From assembly GCF_000142905.1 (NCBI RefSeq), contig NW_013657655.1, positions 1 through 63,847 of the forward strand: a DNA stretch of 63,847 nucleotides, written 5' to 3'. Below, one piece after another: positions 1 through 9,874 of the stretch. Origin of the DNA: Thecamonas trahens ATCC 50062 (taxonomy: Eukaryota > Protista > Apusomonadida). Position numbers and translations under genes: made by a program. Position 1 is the stretch's first letter. The number at the start of each line of letters is the position of its first letter. The notes under the pieces are model-generated. The model made no database searches. It was not told the origin of the DNA and saw only the letters and a program-made list of their open reading frames with translations.

Positions 1-1408
1 CATCCTCATCCCCGACCCCGACACCCATACCCCTCAACCATCACAATCATACTGCCCAATCTCCAACCAACAGCAATGTCAAGCCACCCAGCCCCGACCC
101 AGCCCCCTCAGCTGCGCCTGCTTTGCCGACCACCAGCCGCCAGCCGTCGCCTGCTCGCCCGATCGGCCGACCCTCATCACCACCTAGCTCCCACCCACTA
201 CCAGCTACACAACCCGCGACCACACCCAAGGTTTTCACTCGCCATGCACTAGCACCAGTATCAATATCGTCGTCATCGACACCCATCTTCCTCGGCTCAT
301 TTCCGCGTTGACTTGTTCTGCCTAGGTGGTTGAGCACGTCCTCGACCGCCCGACCCCGCACACAAACCCCATCACACTCATTGCCAGCTATACCCAATCT
401 GATTTCACTACTACTCTATTACATACCCCCCTACCCCCATGCACAGTTTCCAATCCACAGCTGCAGTATTCCGGAATCCGAGTTCCGCCGGCTCAGGCCC
501 AAGTTGTTGGCCCTGTGTCCCTTCGATGCTGCTGACCCCCCTCCCCGGGCCCATATCCGACCCCCACTCCCCACCATCCGCACCCACAACCACCACAACC
601 ACACGACACATACGCACTACACCTGAAACGTATCCACCCAATCTCTGCTTCCCGATATCTACATCAGCCGACGCCATCCCGTCAACAGCACCGCTGCCGA
701 CCGCCTGCTGCTCACCACCGATCGCCGCCCGAGCCGACCCGTCCACCGCCGGCACAACCCCGATCAGGCTAGACAGAGCACGAGTATAGTATGATCTACT
801 TGTGGGTAGTGAGACAAGTGGCAATGGCTATCAGTCCCTTCCCCCACCCCCACATCCCCTCCTTCTCCCCGCCTTGCCCATCCTGCCCCAGCCCACCTGT
901 CAACCAACCCAGCTGGTGGCGAGAGGACCGACGGGACCGACGAGGCCAGTGGGCTGGTCAGGGCGAGGGAGAGGGGAAAAGGGGGAAGAAGAGTGATATA
1001 AGGTGAGGTGGTTGATAAGATTGCAGTAGCCTGCCGCCTGATCTTGTGTCCTGATGCCTGTCGTCGTCTCGTGTCGACTGCTCACTGGCCAGCAACTCGC
1101 CGCTCGCTCGCCTGCCCGCTCAACCACTCACAGCCAAGCCAGATCAAGCCCGATCAAGCTTAGCACGACCTGCAGCTGGCTATACAGGGGGAGTAGCTGG
1201 TGGAGTCACAGGGATTGGAGGTGAGGGAGTGTAGATGGTTGTAGGATGTGTGTTGTGGCTTTGGCTGCTGCTGGCGCTGCTGCTGTGGCCGAGGCCACCC
1301 CAGACATACCACCAGCCAAGCCCCCCGTGGCCGCCCTGCCCAGCCCATATGTATGCGGCACCCCCTCCCCCATCGGGTTGTATGGCGCTCATCTGGTCGA
1401 TAGCGCCT

Positions 1409-1554
1409 TGCTGTAGTAGTCCGTATCGACAGTTGCGAATGCCTTCAATGCTGTACTACTTCGAGTGTGAAATCGGCGCGGTTTTGACTCCGCGACGACT
1501 TCCGCTCGAACCCAATGGAACCTCGTTGCCTGGCAACGAGTCGGAGCGGTAGCA
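1409..1554 (-). repeat. 3' LTR
   Basis: Matches 6180-6325 with 2 substitutions. Termini are TGCT...AGCA. Contains the inverted repeat CTCGTTGCC-T-GGCAACGAG. Confidence 0.93.
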
Positions 1555-1610
1555 ATCTGCCCCCATCGCGGCGGTATGCCATTGCCGACGCGATCGTTGC
1601 CGATGCCGTA

Positions 1611-4600
1611 CTACTGTGCGGCTTGTGTCGGCAGCTTTGTGAGGTACCCTGCCAGCCGCATTGTCTCGCCGCGACGCAAGTCCTGTACGCTCACCACCTT
1701 GTTCTCGTCCGCCTCGCGCGCGCTTCGCACGTGGGCATGGCGGATGACGTAGGTGAGCGGGACTGTCGGCGGGCTCGTGCCGCCCGCCTGATCGCGCCGG
1801 GTCTTGATACCCGAGATGACGTACGGACCCTCGAACTTGAAATTCTTGAGCGCCCGCGGACCGCGCCTCGAGCCCTCGGGCGTCCGCCACCACACCTCGT
1901 CGCCGATCTTGAAAGCCTTGGTCTGGCGGGACGCGGCGTTGAGGCCGCCGCCCGCGATCTCCTGGGCCCGCCGCGCCTCGGCCACCGCGGCCCGCCGCAT
2001 CGCCACCGTCAACTCATGGCGCGTGCCGGGCGGGTCCGCGCCCTTGAAGAGCGCGTACGGAGTGGAGACCACCGAGTGGCCCGGCCGGCGATCGTACTCG
2101 CGCGGCGTCTTGTTGTATTCGGCGACCATTCTCTTGATGACCGCATACCACGAGTTGGGCGAGTCAGTCAGCGGCTTGTTCCATCCGGCGGCCATGGTGG
2201 TACGCTTGATGTTCTGCACATGCTTCTCCGCCATCCCATTTCCTTGGGGGTGGCCCTTGGCCGCCGCGGTGATGAGGATCGTGCGATCCTGCTGCGTCGC
2301 CCAGCGCTTCACCTCCGCCGACATGAAGCTCTTCTCGCGATCGGCGTGGATGTGGTCGGGGCCAGGGAGGCCTGCGGCGCGGCGCGGGGCGCCTTGCGCC
2401 GGCTGCTGCGGCGTCTGCACATTCTCGAGGTCGAAGAGACCCTCCAGGACGTCGATGACCGCGCGCGCCGTGCGATCCGCAAGCAGCCCCACCATGGTGT
2501 AGCCGGAGAACGTGTCGACGGCAACCAGCACCCAGTGCTTGTCCTGGTTCTCGCCCCACATGAAGGGACCGGCGTTGTCGACCGACCACCGCTGGTTCGG
2601 CGCGTCGACCCCTGCAGTCACAGCTGCTCCAGGTGCGCCGTGCATCGTGCGGTATGGCTTGGACGCTAAGCACCCGGCGCACCCGTCTGCTACAAGTTGC
2701 GCCCACTTGTGGATGTGTTGAATGTCCCAGCCTCGGGCCTTGGCCCGGCGCACCATCGCGTCACGGCCGAGATGGTGCTGCGCGTGGTCCTCCTGAAGCT
2801 TTTGGATGTTGCGCAGAATCGCGTGTGGCGGCACGGGACCGAGCGTCCACTCGCCAGTGAACGTTCGCGGGCCCTGGTGCGGGCCTGCTGTTGCCCGCGA
2901 TTGGGTGCGTCGCGTGCCTGGCGCCGCAGATGTCGGTGTCGCCTCGGCCTCCGACTCGTCGTCGTCCGAGTCGAAAGTCAGCGTTGCGAGGAGCGACTCA
3001 AGGCGCGAGTTGTCGCGCGACTCCGTCTGACTGCGCGTTGTCACTGGCGCTGCCACCGACCGTGCGATGCGCCGCTCGACGCGGGAATCCTCCTCCGCCG
3101 CCATGGCTTCCCACTCCGGGTCCGGGCGGTGGAGGACAAGGCGCGAGAGGGCATCGGCGCCGCCGTTGCTCGTTCCGGGCACGTGCACCACGTCGCATGC
3201 AAACGAGCGGATGAAAGCCAGCCAGCGCGCTCGCTTTCTGCCTGGGGGTGGATCCTCGCTCTCGATCATGCCTTGGACGGCCCGCGAGTCAGTCTGGAGC
3301 TCAAAGCGGCGGCCGTCGAGGTAAGGCTCAAACTTGGTGAGAGCATGGACCACTGCTGCGAGCTCCTTGTCGGGCACACCGGCCGAGAGCTCGCGCTGCG
3401 CAAAGGCGCGTGCTGCGTATGCGACAGTGCGTGACGTGCCATCGGCGTCGCGCGCCGACAGTACGGCTCCGACCGCGCGTACCGACGCATCGGTGGCCAC
3501 CACTGCCGTTACGCCCTCGCGCTCTAGTTCGGCTGCGTGTGCCAGTGGCTCAGCGTCCACAATGGCGTCCCGCAGTGACTCGAAGGCTGCGATGCGTTCG
3601 TCGTTCCACTCCAGACGGTGGCCCTTTCGCATGCACATCGAGAGGATGTTGGACTTGGCTGACGCCTGTGGGATCCACGCGGCGAACCATTGCACCGCAC
3701 CGAGAAATGAACGGAGCGCCGCCGTCGTTGTCGGCCGCTCCATCGTGCGGAAGAGATCCTTGGCTGACTCCTTGAGACCGATGCCCTCCTCCGAAATCAC
3801 GAGGCCGACAAACTCGGTTTCGTCCACAAAGAGCTCGAGTTTGGGGAGCGAGATCGTGAGCCTCGCCTCGTCGAGGCGCTTGAGCAACTGCTCGAGCTGC
3901 GTAATGCCCTCGTCGATGTCATCGCAGCCCATCACTGCGTCGTCCATCCAGAAGGCGACGCGCTGCAGCAGCGGGCCCAGCGCGCGGGCCATCACGCGGT
4001 TCCACACGGACGGCGCGTTGACCCATCCCATGGACATCGCGACGAACTCGTACAGCTCGCCCGTATCGAGCGAGAAAGCCATCTTTGCCCGGTCTTCTTC
4101 CCGGAGCATGACCTGATGGAACGCCTTGTCGAAGTCGATGCGCGTCCAGTACCTCCGCTTGCCGGCCGCGTCGAGCACCGAGCGCACCGAAAGCTTCTCG
4201 TTGTACTCCTTCACGCAGCGCTTGTTCAACTCGCGCGCATCCTGCACGACGCGCATCGAGCCCGGAAGCGGGTTCCCTTCGTCGTCGTATTTTGTCTCCT
4301 TACCGGCTTTTTTGACAAGGAAGACAGGGAGCGACCACGGGTGTGAGTCGATCGTACGCTCTGAGTCGGGGACGCGCCTCAGGTAGCCGGCTGCCTCGAG
4401 GGCGTCGAGTTCGGCCTGGAGGATCTGACGTTCATGTGCCGAGCGCGGACGGCTCGCACGCCAGAACGGCTCCGCCCCGTCCATGAGCATGACCGCTGCC
4501 TCGGCCAGCGGGGTGAACCGGCGTGGCGTCGTGCCGAGCACTAGGGCGGGGTAAGCGTTGAGCGCGCGAAGAATGCGCGCTCGCTGCTCGCGCGTCACGT

Positions 4601-4988
4601 CCTTGCCGAACGTCACGTCGCCCTCGGTGACTGTCTTCTGCCTGTCCTTTGCCGGCGCTGCCACGGCTGCCGTGAGGTTGATGCCTGTGTGCATCGGGAT
4701 GCGGATAGCGTCACGCGACTCGGCTGTGATCACCAGCGTGTTCTCGTACGCAACCGGGTACGCGTGTTCGTCGTTGAGGAAGCGCCACCCGAGGATAAAG
4801 TCTGCCACCATGTCTGGCACCACGAGCGCCCGGGTCAGGAACATGTGCTTGTTTCCCGACGCATCGGTGAGCTCGAGAGGGAGGGTAGCGGCCCCGATGA
4901 TGAGGAGCGTTCGTTTGCCGATATCCACAGTCGAACGCTCCAGCGCCGACAGGTTGCCCTCGATCTCAAGGCCAAGCGTGTACGCCGT
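1611..4988 (-). CDS. pol: Pol: protease C-terminal half, reverse transcriptase, RNase H, integrase
   Basis: RT motifs PWSLPVFLVKK, RVVQDARELN, DFDKAFHQV, MGWVNAP, FWMDD. RNase H motifs ATDAS, ELAAVV, TDSR, ADALSR. Integrase HHCC, WSVDNAG, HADRE, NGMAEK and GPY motif. No chromodomain evident. Confidence 0.95.
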   Translation of the reverse strand, partial: TAYTLGLEIEGNLSALERSTVDIGKRTLLIIGAATLPLELTDASGNKHMFLTRALVVPDMVADFILGWRFLNDEHAYPVAYENTLVITAESRDAIRIPMHTGINLTAAVAAPAKDRQKTVTEGDVTFGKDVTREQRARILRALNAYPALVLGTTPRRFTPLAEAAVMLMDGAEPFWRASRPRSAHERQILQAELDALEAAGYLRRVPDSERTIDSHPWSLPVFLVKKAGKETKYDDEGNPLPGSMRVVQDARELNKRCVKEYNEKLSVRSVLDAAGKRRYWTRIDFDKAFHQVMLREEDRAKMAFSLDTGELYEFVAMSMGWVNAPSVWNRVMARALGPLLQRVAFWMDDAVMGCDDIDEGITQLEQLLKRLDEARLTISLPKLELFVDETEFVGLVISEEGIGLKESAKDLFRTMERPTTTAALRSFLGAVQWFAAWIPQASAKSNILSMCMRKGHRLEWNDERIAAFESLRDAIVDAEPLAHAAELEREGVTAVVATDASVRAVGAVLSARDADGTSRTVAYAARAFAQRELSAGVPDKELAAVVHALTKFEPYLDGRRFELQTDSRAVQGMIESEDPPPGRKRARWLAFIRSFACDVVHVPGTSNGGADALSRLVLHRPDPEWEAMAAEEDSRVERRIARSVAAPVTTRSQTESRDNSRLESLLATLTFDSDDDESEAEATPTSAAPGTRRTQSRATAGPHQGPRTFTGEWTLGPVPPHAILRNIQKLQEDHAQHHLGRDAMVRRAKARGWDIQHIHKWAQLVADGCAGCLASKPYRTMHGAPGAAVTAGVDAPNQRWSVDNAGPFMWGENQDKHWVLVAVDTFSGYTMVGLLADRTARAVIDVLEGLFDLENVQTPQQPAQGAPRRAAGLPGPDHIHADREKSFMSAEVKRWATQQDRTILITAAAKGHPQGNGMAEKHVQNIKRTTMAAGWNKPLTDSPNSWYAVIKRMVAEYNKTPREYDRRPGHSVVSTPYALFKGADPPGTRHELTVAMRRAAVAEARRAQEIAGGGLNAASRQTKAFKIGDEVWWRTPEGSRRGPRALKNFKFEGPYVISGIKTRRDQAGGTSPPTVPLTYVIRHAHVRSAREADENKVVSVQDLRRGETMRLAGYLTKLPTQAAQ

Positions 4989-6152
4989 CTACAACGAGAT
5001 GAGCGAGAACGTGCTTCCGGAGTCGATGAGCGCGTCGGCGCTGTAGAAGCCGAGCGGGCCGGAGAGACGCGCCGTCACCCACTGGTTGGGTTCGTCATCG
5101 TCGCAGCCGTCCGACCCTTCTTCCCCCTCAAACCCCCCGGTATAGTCTTCGGCGGGTTCAATCTCAGAGCCGGCCAGCGCTGCGCGGCCGGCTGCCAGGA
5201 TCGGGCACGCGGCTAGCACATGCCCGGTCGACTCGCACGCCTCGCAGCGCGCCTTGCTCTTCTTCTTCTGCGGGCAGTTGCGCCGCATGTGGCCAGTCTC
5301 GTGGCATCTGTAGCTCGTGACTGTGTCCGGGTGCTGGCGGCGGCTCCGGTTGGAGCTCGCCATTGCCGCAGCCGCCTGCGCCCCTCGGCCGTGGGCCTTC
5401 GTCGGCGGGGCGCGGCGGAGGGTAATGCCGAGGTGCCCCATGCCCACGGCCGCCCGAACGATGTCGTCCAGACTGTCGGGCTGCTCGAAGCCCGTGTAGC
5501 CGGCCTCGCGGCTCAGCTCAATCCATTCCGCCCGCGAGAGGTGCTCTTCCAGCGTCTCGCCCAGCCGGTCAATGGCCGACTCTTCAGACGGCATCCCTTT
5601 CAGCGCCGGGAGGCCGTTGAACCACGAACGCACGCGTGAGCAGTACGCCGTGAGCGACTCCCCTTTCTCGGGAGCCATGTCTTTGCGGTACGCGCGCGCC
5701 TTGGCGCGCTCCGCTCCGATCACGTTGTTCTCGCTGATGAACCTAGCGAAGAACAATGCGACCACCAGCAGGCCGTGCTTCCGCGCGACCTGCTTCTCCA
5801 GGCCGTTCCGGCCCAAAGCCGACGTCACGGTCGTCCAACCCGTCTTCTCGACGCCCAGGGCGTCAGCCAGGTCTTCCGGGGACTCTGCGTCGTCCAGATC
5901 CGCCACGGCCGCCGAGACGCTCACAAGCAGGTTCGCGATTCGGCGGTCGCCATTCGCCTTGGCAAGGATGGCCTTACGGGCCGCCCTCGACATGTGCTCG
6001 CCGTAGGTTCCGAGGTCTTCGGCGAACTGGCCGAGCGCGTTGGCCATGGCCTCCATCGCCTGCAGCGCCGTCCCTTCCGATAGTTCGGGAAGAAGGGCGA
6101 TGAGGGTGCTGTAAATCTCCTTGCGCAAGGCGATACCTTCGGCTACGGACAT
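4989..6152 (-). CDS. gag: Gag with zinc knuckles plus N-terminal half of the aspartic protease; ends at an in-frame TAG
   Basis: CEACESTGHVLAAC (CX2CX4HX4C), a degenerate knuckle SYRCHETGHMRRNC, and protease motif ALIDSGS. Same frame as pol. Confidence 0.9.
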   Translation of the reverse strand: MSVAEGIALRKEIYSTLIALLPELSEGTALQAMEAMANALGQFAEDLGTYGEHMSRAARKAILAKANGDRRIANLLVSVSAAVADLDDAESPEDLADALGVEKTGWTTVTSALGRNGLEKQVARKHGLLVVALFFARFISENNVIGAERAKARAYRKDMAPEKGESLTAYCSRVRSWFNGLPALKGMPSEESAIDRLGETLEEHLSRAEWIELSREAGYTGFEQPDSLDDIVRAAVGMGHLGITLRRAPPTKAHGRGAQAAAAMASSNRSRRQHPDTVTSYRCHETGHMRRNCPQKKKSKARCEACESTGHVLAACPILAAGRAALAGSEIEPAEDYTGGFEGEEGSDGCDDDEPNQWVTARLSGPLGFYSADALIDSGSTFSLISL

Positions 6153-6179
6153 GCTGTTCTTGAAGACGTTGTCAAAAGT

Positions 6180-6325
6180 TGCTGTAGTAGTCCGTATCGA
6201 CAGTTGCGAATGCCTTCAATGCTGTACTACTTCGAGCGTGAAATCGGCACGGTTTTGACTCCGCGACGACTTCCGCTCGAACCCAATGGAACCTCGTTGC
6301 CTGGCAACGAGTCGGAGCGGTAGCA
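6180..6325 (-). repeat. 5' LTR
   Basis: Direct repeat of 1409-1554; ends 27 bp upstream of the gag ATG at 6152. Confidence 0.93.
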
Positions 6326-6334
6326 ATGCTAGAC

Positions 6335-6432
6335 TGTTTCTGGCAGGAGAATCGCGGAGTTTTGACTCCGCCTGGACCGTCTGACGTGTGTCGACGTCCT
6401 CGCCACGCTGGGGAAACGTAACTCCTGAAACA
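6335..6432. mobile_element. 98-bp solo LTR-like element with 4-bp target-site duplication
   Basis: Starts TGTTTCTGG and ends CCTGAAACA (8/9 inverted match, TG...CA). AGAC on both sides (6331-6334 and 6433-6436). Shares GTTTTGACTCCGC with the neighbouring LTRs. Confidence 0.75.
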
Positions 6433-6446
6433 AGACCTCTCTCCCC

Positions 6447-6480
6447 CTTCTCTCTCTCTCTCTCTCTCTCCCTCTCTCTT
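6447..6480 (+). repeat. (CT)n microsatellite
   Basis: Read directly from the sequence. Confidence 0.9.
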
Positions 6481-6960
6481 TCAACCATAACAAACAATGA
6501 AGACTCTGCACCAGTACTCGCTCGCGTTTGTCGACGACTCTAGCCTAATAGTGATCTTGGGTGCGCCCCGAACGGATCAGTCGGACGCGTGGGAGAGCCT
6601 GCTGGCTGAGGTCACCAAGCTGATCGCGGCTGCCGACGACAACGGCGAGGTCTGCGACCTCGCATGTGAGTCGATTATCGAACTCAAGCGAGAGTTTGGA
6701 ATTCAGCTCGGAGTGTCTTGCGAAGTGGTTGCTCACGAGCACAAGGCCGAGGCAGTCATGCCAGCCGCGCCCGGTCGTAATTCAGCGCCCTCGACTTTGA
6801 CCACGCCAGGCTTGCAATGGACAAGCAGGTGGTGTGTACACGGAGAACAACTTGGACTCGCTCGTTCGGTCGGAGTTTCATCGTCTGATCCAGCTGGCCA
6901 AGGCCTCGTTTGTGCCGGAGGAGGACACGTGCTCTGTGAGCGTGGGCGGGGGACGTCTTT

Positions 6961-8050
6961 GTGATTCACAAGCGCGCCCTTGACGTGTACTTTGCCGCGC
7001 CCACGTGCACGCCGTTGACGGTATGTACAGCGTGGTTCACACGGGCTGCGAGCTCTTCACCGTGCTGGGCATTGACGCTGATGGGCGTAGTGTGCCGCTC
7101 ATGGCAGCGTTTCTGCAGGAAAGTACGACGATGTCGTACCTGGAAGCGCTCCTCTTCTTCTCCAAGCACTTTGACGCTGCACCGGAGCTCGTCCTCCTCG
7201 ACGAGTGCGCGGCGGAGCTGCGTGCCGCGTGCCTCGCGTGGTCGACGACGCGCAAGCGCCACTGCCGCTTCCACCACCTGCAGGCTCTCGGTCGCCGCTT
7301 CACCGCCCTCTCCTATCCAGTGCACGACGTCATCGCCGGCCTCGTGTACGCCTCGTCGCCGGACGTCTTTGGCCGCCGCCTGCGCACGCTTTACGACGCG
7401 CTCGCCGGCGCGCGGGAGTGGGAGCCGGACTCGGCCGAGGCCAAGGCGCTCGAGGAGATTCACCGCGTTGCGGACGACCTCTCGAGCCTCAGCGCGTCGG
7501 ACGACGTCGATGCCATCATCGACTTTGACGGCGACGGCGATGTTGACGCTGTCGTCGACGTGGATGGCGACGGCGACGGCGACGGCGACGGTGACGGCGA
7601 CGGGGACGCCACGACGTCGAGCGTCCGCGACAAAACGTTCGAGCGGACGTACGGCGACGTCCACGACGTGGTGTACGACGCGAAGGTGGAGGAGCTGGCG
7701 TAGCGCGTTGCGCACTCGCCTGCTTTGGCGAGGAAGGTCCTCAAGTACCTCGCCGACACGCTCTCCAAGCGGATGCTCTGGTCGAAGGCTTGGTACACCA
7801 GGTACTACGCGTACGGCACAACTAATCATGTGGAATCGTGCCACCGTGTGCTCCGCTTCAAGTACGGTGTCGGCTGCCGCGTGGTCCAGCTTGCCCTCGT
7901 CGTCCAGCACGTTCTCGAGGTTTACCATGCGATCATCTAGCGTATCGCCTACGAGTCGTCGCACCAGCCGATCTATGGCCGCCGGATCACCGGCACGCGC
8001 GCGGGTCACGGCACGCGCGCGGGTCACGGCACGCGGTCGGCGGCGCCGGC
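6961..8050 (+). pseudogene. MULE/Mutator DDE transposase remnant
   Basis: VDGMYSV...LFTVLGIDADGRSVPL...LLDECAAE...CRFHHLQA (CxxH)...TTNHVESCH. In-frame TAGs at 7701-7703 and 7938-7940, a frameshift at CCC 7000-7002, and an Asp-Gly repeat insert. No TIRs identified. Confidence 0.85.
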
Positions 8051-8171
8051 GAGCATGGCGCTTGCGCTGCACCCGATCGCTTCGCTCAGCCGGCCGCGAG
8101 TGTTAGCGACTCGTAGCAGTCGTGGCAACTTCGGATTGTCACGCGCATCAACGACACGGCTGAGGGACGGC

Positions 8172-9488
8172 CTAGCCAACTGTGGGCTCATAGTCAAAGA
8201 CGTCGTGGTAGGCGCGACACATGGCGCACGCTGTCCATTTCGGGCGCGAGAGGCAGCCGCGCTTGCGAGCAAGCTCGGCTAGTTTGGGCTGCACGCTCGC
8301 CTTCTTCCGCCATTCAAAGCGCGAGCGCCACTCGTCGTCGGTCATGGCGTTGAGAAAGGCGGCGAGATCGGCAGGGTCCGGAAAGTCTAGGACATCTACG
8401 AAAGAGTTGGGCGAGGGAAAGTGCGCTTTCGCGTCGGGTGGACCACCGTACACCACGACCGTGTCGTAATCAAGTGCCTCCAAAAACTTCTCGGTAAAGT
8501 AGTTTGTGACCAGTGAGTTCTCTATCGAGATGAAGAATCGATACTGTTCAGCCGCGATCTGCTTGTCCTTGTAGAATCCCCCCGAAGCAGGTTTGACAGG
8601 AGCATCTGCCGTGTGCCAGCAGCCACCCAGTGAGTAGACCTTCATGTGCCTCATCAACTCCACAATATAAGCGCTTCGCCACGTAGCACTCTCCTCGCAA
8701 TTAGAGACAACCACCACAGCAGCATTGACCTTGTCTGTAGGGTCCGGGGTAGGAAGATCCATTGATGAAAGCCGGGTCGGTCCGTCAGGGTCTTCCTTGC
8801 AATGAATCATGGTGTTGTCATAGTAGAAGATGGCGTCAGAGGCAGGATATGGCGACTGGAACAAGTCAGCGATGAACATGGGTCGTGGGTCAAACGAAAT
8901 CTCGCCCGTGGAAAACATAGTCTGTAGCCCGCGGCTCTCTGCATAGGTGACCATGTCAATGAGCTTGTCCCAATCCCATGTAAAAAGCCACGGCAACGTT
9001 GTCAAGTGCACGATTTCGCGAGCTTCAAGCTTCTCGATGGCGGATTCGATCGACTCGACGAAATCGTACTCACACGCAACGCCGCAAACCTCCTCTGAGA
9101 CACTACCCCGGCCCAAAAGCCACGGATCGACATTGCCCACGACAACAACTGGGTTATCATCGCTACGTTTGACTTTCTTCATCTGCGCCGTGTTGGGGAG
9201 CATCATGCGACGTCGGAGCAGATGAGTCTCTCGGGCTGCTTCGACCATCAAAGTCCACTTTGCCGTCTTTTCAAAGCCCGCCGCAAGGAAGTCGCGAGAA
9301 GGAGGTAAAACCTGGGAGGGCTCCTTGTCGCGGTCGCACGTGGGACAGTCTCGGTTGGTGGAACAGACTGTGGTGGGGCAGTCTTGGATGGTGTCGCAGT
9401 CATGAAAAGACCACATCATCACAGCAACCCAAAAGCAAACGACAACCATCACCTGTGGGTATCGTCGCAAGGCCACCGAAAGACTCAT
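8172..9488 (-). CDS. alpha-1,3/4-fucosyltransferase (GT10), type II membrane protein
   Basis: N-terminal TM, VVVVSNC, alpha-1,3 motif YRFFISIENSLVTNYFTEKFLEAL...VVYGG, and SFVDVLDF. Start placed at MSLSVALRRY. Confidence 0.9.
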   Translation of the reverse strand: MSLSVALRRYPQVMVVVCFWVAVMMWSFHDCDTIQDCPTTVCSTNRDCPTCDRDKEPSQVLPPSRDFLAAGFEKTAKWTLMVEAARETHLLRRRMMLPNTAQMKKVKRSDDNPVVVVGNVDPWLLGRGSVSEEVCGVACEYDFVESIESAIEKLEAREIVHLTTLPWLFTWDWDKLIDMVTYAESRGLQTMFSTGEISFDPRPMFIADLFQSPYPASDAIFYYDNTMIHCKEDPDGPTRLSSMDLPTPDPTDKVNAAVVVVSNCEESATWRSAYIVELMRHMKVYSLGGCWHTADAPVKPASGGFYKDKQIAAEQYRFFISIENSLVTNYFTEKFLEALDYDTVVVYGGPPDAKAHFPSPNSFVDVLDFPDPADLAAFLNAMTDDEWRSRFEWRKKASVQPKLAELARKRGCLSRPKWTACAMCRAYHDVFDYEPTVG

Positions 9489-9874
9489 GGTAGACAGTGG
9501 TATCGCCTTTGGCCTCCTTGACGAAGACAGATAGTCGAAGAAGACCAGTTGAGTGTGTGTGTGTTTGGGGGGGGGAGGAGAACATCCCCGACGTTTTGTA
9601 CGAGCGAGAGCAAGAGCAGTTTGTGTATGAGTCGAGGGAGCAGCGCATCTACGCGCGACACCGCGAGAAAAAGCCAGCAAGAGAAGATCCACTACCGCAA
9701 ATAAGACGAAAGAGCTGCGATACATCTCGATGAGCTGCAAGGAACGGCTGCAATGTTGTAGCGATTGCGGGGGCGTGGCTCCGGCTTGCCGCCAGAAAGC
9801 TCATTTTTCGGTCGGCGGAAGGCAGCCACAGGTCGCCAGTCAGACCGAAGTCACTTCTCGACTCGAAAACATTC

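Larger units (their letters stand above)
1409..6325 (-). mobile_element. Ty3/gypsy LTR retrotransposon (gag-PR-RT-RNaseH-IN), near intact
   Basis: 146-bp direct repeats (TG...CA) flank a gag-pol frame in gypsy domain order. A purine-rich tract GATGGGGGCAGA (minus strand) lies just before the 3' LTR. No TSD found (left cgcct, right atgct). Confidence 0.95.

Noticed and set aside
1-1400. ORFs in the first 1.4 kb
   Set aside because: Low-complexity C/A- and G/T-skewed intergenic sequence; no recognisable domains.
1515-2669. Long antisense and alternate-frame ORFs over pol and other genes (also 25980-27605, 32923-34452, 49063-50277, 57202-58605)
   Set aside because: Shadow ORFs expected from high GC3 codon bias; Arg/Ser/Pro-rich with no motifs.
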